In this document: one piece after another, positions 11,058-64,000 of the stretch
How the letters are laid out: every line of letters begins with the position of its first letter
Numbering within the stretch: the first letter of the stretch is position 1
From: Amoebidium appalachense
Taxonomy: Eukaryota > Protista > Ichthyosporea
Reading direction: 5' to 3'
Assembly (NCBI GenBank): GCA_963693365.1
Contig: CAVNZM010000006.1
Span: 9,117,355 to 9,181,354 of the forward strand
Length of the DNA: 64,000 nucleotides
The notes under the pieces: model-generated
What the model was told of the DNA's origin: nothing
Databases searched by the model: none
What the model saw: only the letters and a program-made list of their open reading frames with translations
Position numbers and translations under genes: made by a program

Positions 11058-12545
11058 TACTGTATGGGGTAACTGACCCTGATATCGTAGATTATTAAAC
11101 TGCAGCGGCTAACACTAAACGGTGCTCGGAGCAGATAGATCTAAACGAAATCATTCCGAAATCATTCCGGTCACAGTGTCACACACACACACTTTGGCTC
11201 AATGACACCGTGACACACCCAACAGCGCACTGTGTCACGGTGCTACCCACCGCGACTGCACGCACGCAGCTACTGTACACACAGGGTCACACACGCACCT
11301 ACGGTATGCCTCAGACACACGTTGCATACATACAATCACACGACACACACTGTACGCACACCACGCGCCCACAAACGCACACTATGCACACCCACACACA
11401 CATGCATGCACATGCGCGTGCACACACACCCACACACACACACACAGACACACCCACCCACACACACCCACACACACACACACACACTGTTGAACACACA
11501 CACACACAGTAGCCACACAGTCAGTGGCGGCACCGTGGTACACCATCACGCGTACGCTAGGCGTGTTCGCACCGAAGGGCGTCGACATTTCCAGAAACTT
11601 TCAACTCACACGCATTGTGTATTCGCCGAGGCTCAGACCTCAACCAATAACAACACACGTGTGCACAAGTTGTCAGTAATAACAGGGCTCGGGTGTGCTC
11701 TAAGTCACACACCGTAGTTTTGTTACAGTAGCACACCCGGTCCTTGCGGGATCGGCATTGTGCGTTGGAGTATGGCTGGTCTACGTATATACATGTTCAA
11801 GGATCACTGATGTTATTTTCGTGATTACTACCTTTTTCTGACTTTGCTGTATGGCGCACCAAAGTAAGCGGCCATAACTTGGAACATGCCCTCTGCGATG
11901 ACTGTATGAATACAGGTATAACGCTAAGTTGTGAGATGCGGCGCTTCAAGACTCGAAGGTGGCACCATGATGCATTACTAAAATTTTGTCCATCACTGAT
12001 ATTATAAAATGATAAAACAAACAAAAAAGTAGGAATACCGTGGGAGTCACTTGTTCCGGCTCTCGCAGGTGATCATGCTCAGCACGCCTCGCCTAGGCCT
12101 CCCCCCCCCCCCCCCCCAAAAAAAAAAAAAAAACAAACAAAAAAAACAAACAAAAAAAAACACGTACCACCCCCTCCTATTTACCTAACACACACACACA
12201 CACACCGTCACACACGCACGCACGCACACACACATACACACACACACCGTCACACACACACACATACCCACACACACGTACACAAGCACATTCCCACGCC
12301 TTGCAAACAAGCGCACCCTGACTCCACACAATGGGACGTCACACGCACACGGTGAGATGCGCATGATACACGCACCGCTGTAACATATCGTCTACACATG
12401 CGCAATACTAAGTAGGTCGCACTCACACGCACAAAGACCCGCATACCACACCGGGCGGAACCCAAATCATTGAAGAACAACTGCACACAGTTGCAGCAAA
12501 AGCAGAAAAGGGAGCCGGTGAGGATTGTCACCCTCAGCTGGAGAC

Positions 12546-12593
12546 CATGACGTCATGATGTGTCTGCTTTTTCAGACTCAGTACTCTGATTGG
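12546..12593 (+). promoter_or_regulatory. Putative NHE promoter: CRE palindrome and inverted CCAAT box
   Basis: CATGACGTCATG (12546-12557, containing TGACGTCA) and ATTGG (12589-12593) lie ~300 bp upstream of the ATG. Confidence 0.45.
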
Positions 12594-12878
12594 CCAACTG
12601 CGCAACACCAAGCTTCAGCCAGCGGCAGAGTCCGAAAGAGCAACAACTATGCTACAAAAATGAAATTATCTAGCATAGTGTCAAGGCAGCGCAACTGAAG
12701 TCGACATGTAGTGAGTGGATTGAGGTGGTTGCTCCGCAGTATGAGCGTGCATGGTACAGGTGTCTATGCTAGGTCTCATAAGAAATCAAAAGAAGAAAGC
12801 ACTACAGTAAATAGCAATCAAGCCGAAGGTCTTTGGGACCACTCTGGACACGATACTGGGTCATAGGACAACGACAAA

Positions 12879-27890
<15,012 letters not shown>

Positions 27891-28442
27891 ATGACGCTGG
27901 ATAGGTCTGTGCTGGGCCTAATACTCACTGTTTTTCGAATGATGTGTGTGCACATGTGTGCGATCATTTATTGCCCAATAGGATGTAAAGTCGAATGAAA
28001 CCTTTGCTTTAGCATTATTTATTTAGTGTCGAAACTTCAGGGAGATATGCTGCCTGGGTTGTGGCGTTGGGGTGGGGTAGGGTGGGTATACGTAGTAGTT
28101 TCATGGTGGTGGTGGTGGTGGTGGTGCGTGCGTGTCTCTCCGAGTGTGTATGTGTGTGTGTGTGTGTGTGCGTGCGTGTGTGTGTGGAGAGAGGGGGGGG
28201 GGGGGGGGGGGGGTTAAGAATGTGGTCGAGGGGTGGTGGGTTTTTCCCCTTCGTTCTATTAGTAGCACACAAGCTAAGGCTCATGGTGTTCTACACATGG
28301 CTACGCCGTAGCTACTATAGTTGTAGGAAGTTTCACGTTTGCCACCTCACCGCCTGCAATACCCAATTTTCGCGTGAAGGCATAGGGCCAAGCCCCGAAG
28401 CTTGTGGGTGGTGGTGGTGGTGGTGGTGGTGGTTGGGAGGGG

Positions 28443-28487
<45 letters not shown>

Positions 28488-28987
28488 TTCAGGCCGTGGT
28501 GCAAATACCGGTCTTACTTTTGGGGATTGTTCATAATAATGACATGATTTTTATCTAAGTTCAAATACTCTGCAAGGCAGAGTTGTGTAATATACGGATG
28601 CTTACAAATTACAATGTATCATGCACGAAGGCCGCAGATTATATATAGATTGTTCAGAGTATTATACTTTAGTATACCTATCTATATACATATTCAATTA
28701 AAAAAAACACTTGGACATTCGTGGTATATAACATCAACTACAAAGGGAGGACCTGGTGTCCCTGTTGCTTTGAAATATTTGGAGTGGCCAGGATGCTACA
28801 CACCGATCTTTTCTACATTCAATATATAAAAAATCCCACCAATGGCATGCCCAAAGTCCAAATAGGGTGTGGCAGTGTTGGGCTGTACAGGCTTTGTCTT
28901 TGATTCTAACGTAAGTCTATTCACAGATTGTTCCAAATTGTTCATTGCTCACCATACTCGTTTACCAGCATTTGCATTCGCACATCA

Positions 28988-29018
<31 letters not shown>

Positions 29019-29148
29019 AGCGTCCAGCTTCATCAATCTCTCTATATTACACCGATATGCCTAAAGCAACATTCAGATCAGTATATAACAACCATACAAC
29101 GATAACCCCCTTCCTCTCTGCCTCCCGCATACACGTGCATATTTTCCC

Positions 29149-63788
<34,640 letters not shown>

Positions 63789-64000
63789 CTGAAAGAAAAC
63801 ATATGAATGGGTGAACACTTGCATGTGTACTTGTGCATCGATGTAGTGTGTGGGCCTCTCTGTATTTCTTTTTCTTTATTTATTTATTATTTTACTTTCT
63901 ATTTTTTGAATTTTTTTTTTGGAGGGGAGGGGGGGGGGGGGGGGGGGGGGAGGGGGGGGAAGAAGGGAGAGGGGGAGAAAGGAGGAAGTGAGGGAGAAAG

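Overview
Eukaryotic, intron-rich genomic DNA read with the standard code and GT-AG introns. It is saturated with C/G homopolymer runs and (CA)n microsatellites, so most listed ORFs are spurious; a unicellular opisthokont origin is only a guess from gene content. Two long spliced genes were traced exon by exon: an NHE8/SLC9A8-like Na+/H+ exchanger (+, 12879-27890) with an unexpected secreted-side N-terminus (cupredoxin-like fold plus mucin stalk), and the 3' part of a BLTP1/KIAA1109/Csf1 lipid-transfer gene (-, from beyond 64000 down to 29149). The first 12 kb holds the start of an unknown gene (-), a probable pseudogene, and a 6.5-kb DNA transposon (3386-9915). That element has 26-bp imperfect TIRs, a perfect 8-bp TSD and a spliced gene for an OTU protease, CXC cysteine cluster, Myb/SANT-like region and Zn-finger. 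The introns contain a Kolobok-type MITE, a PIF/Harbinger MITE, three minisatellites and several short duplications that often copy or abut splice sites. All coordinates and homologies were read by eye and recalled from memory, not computed.
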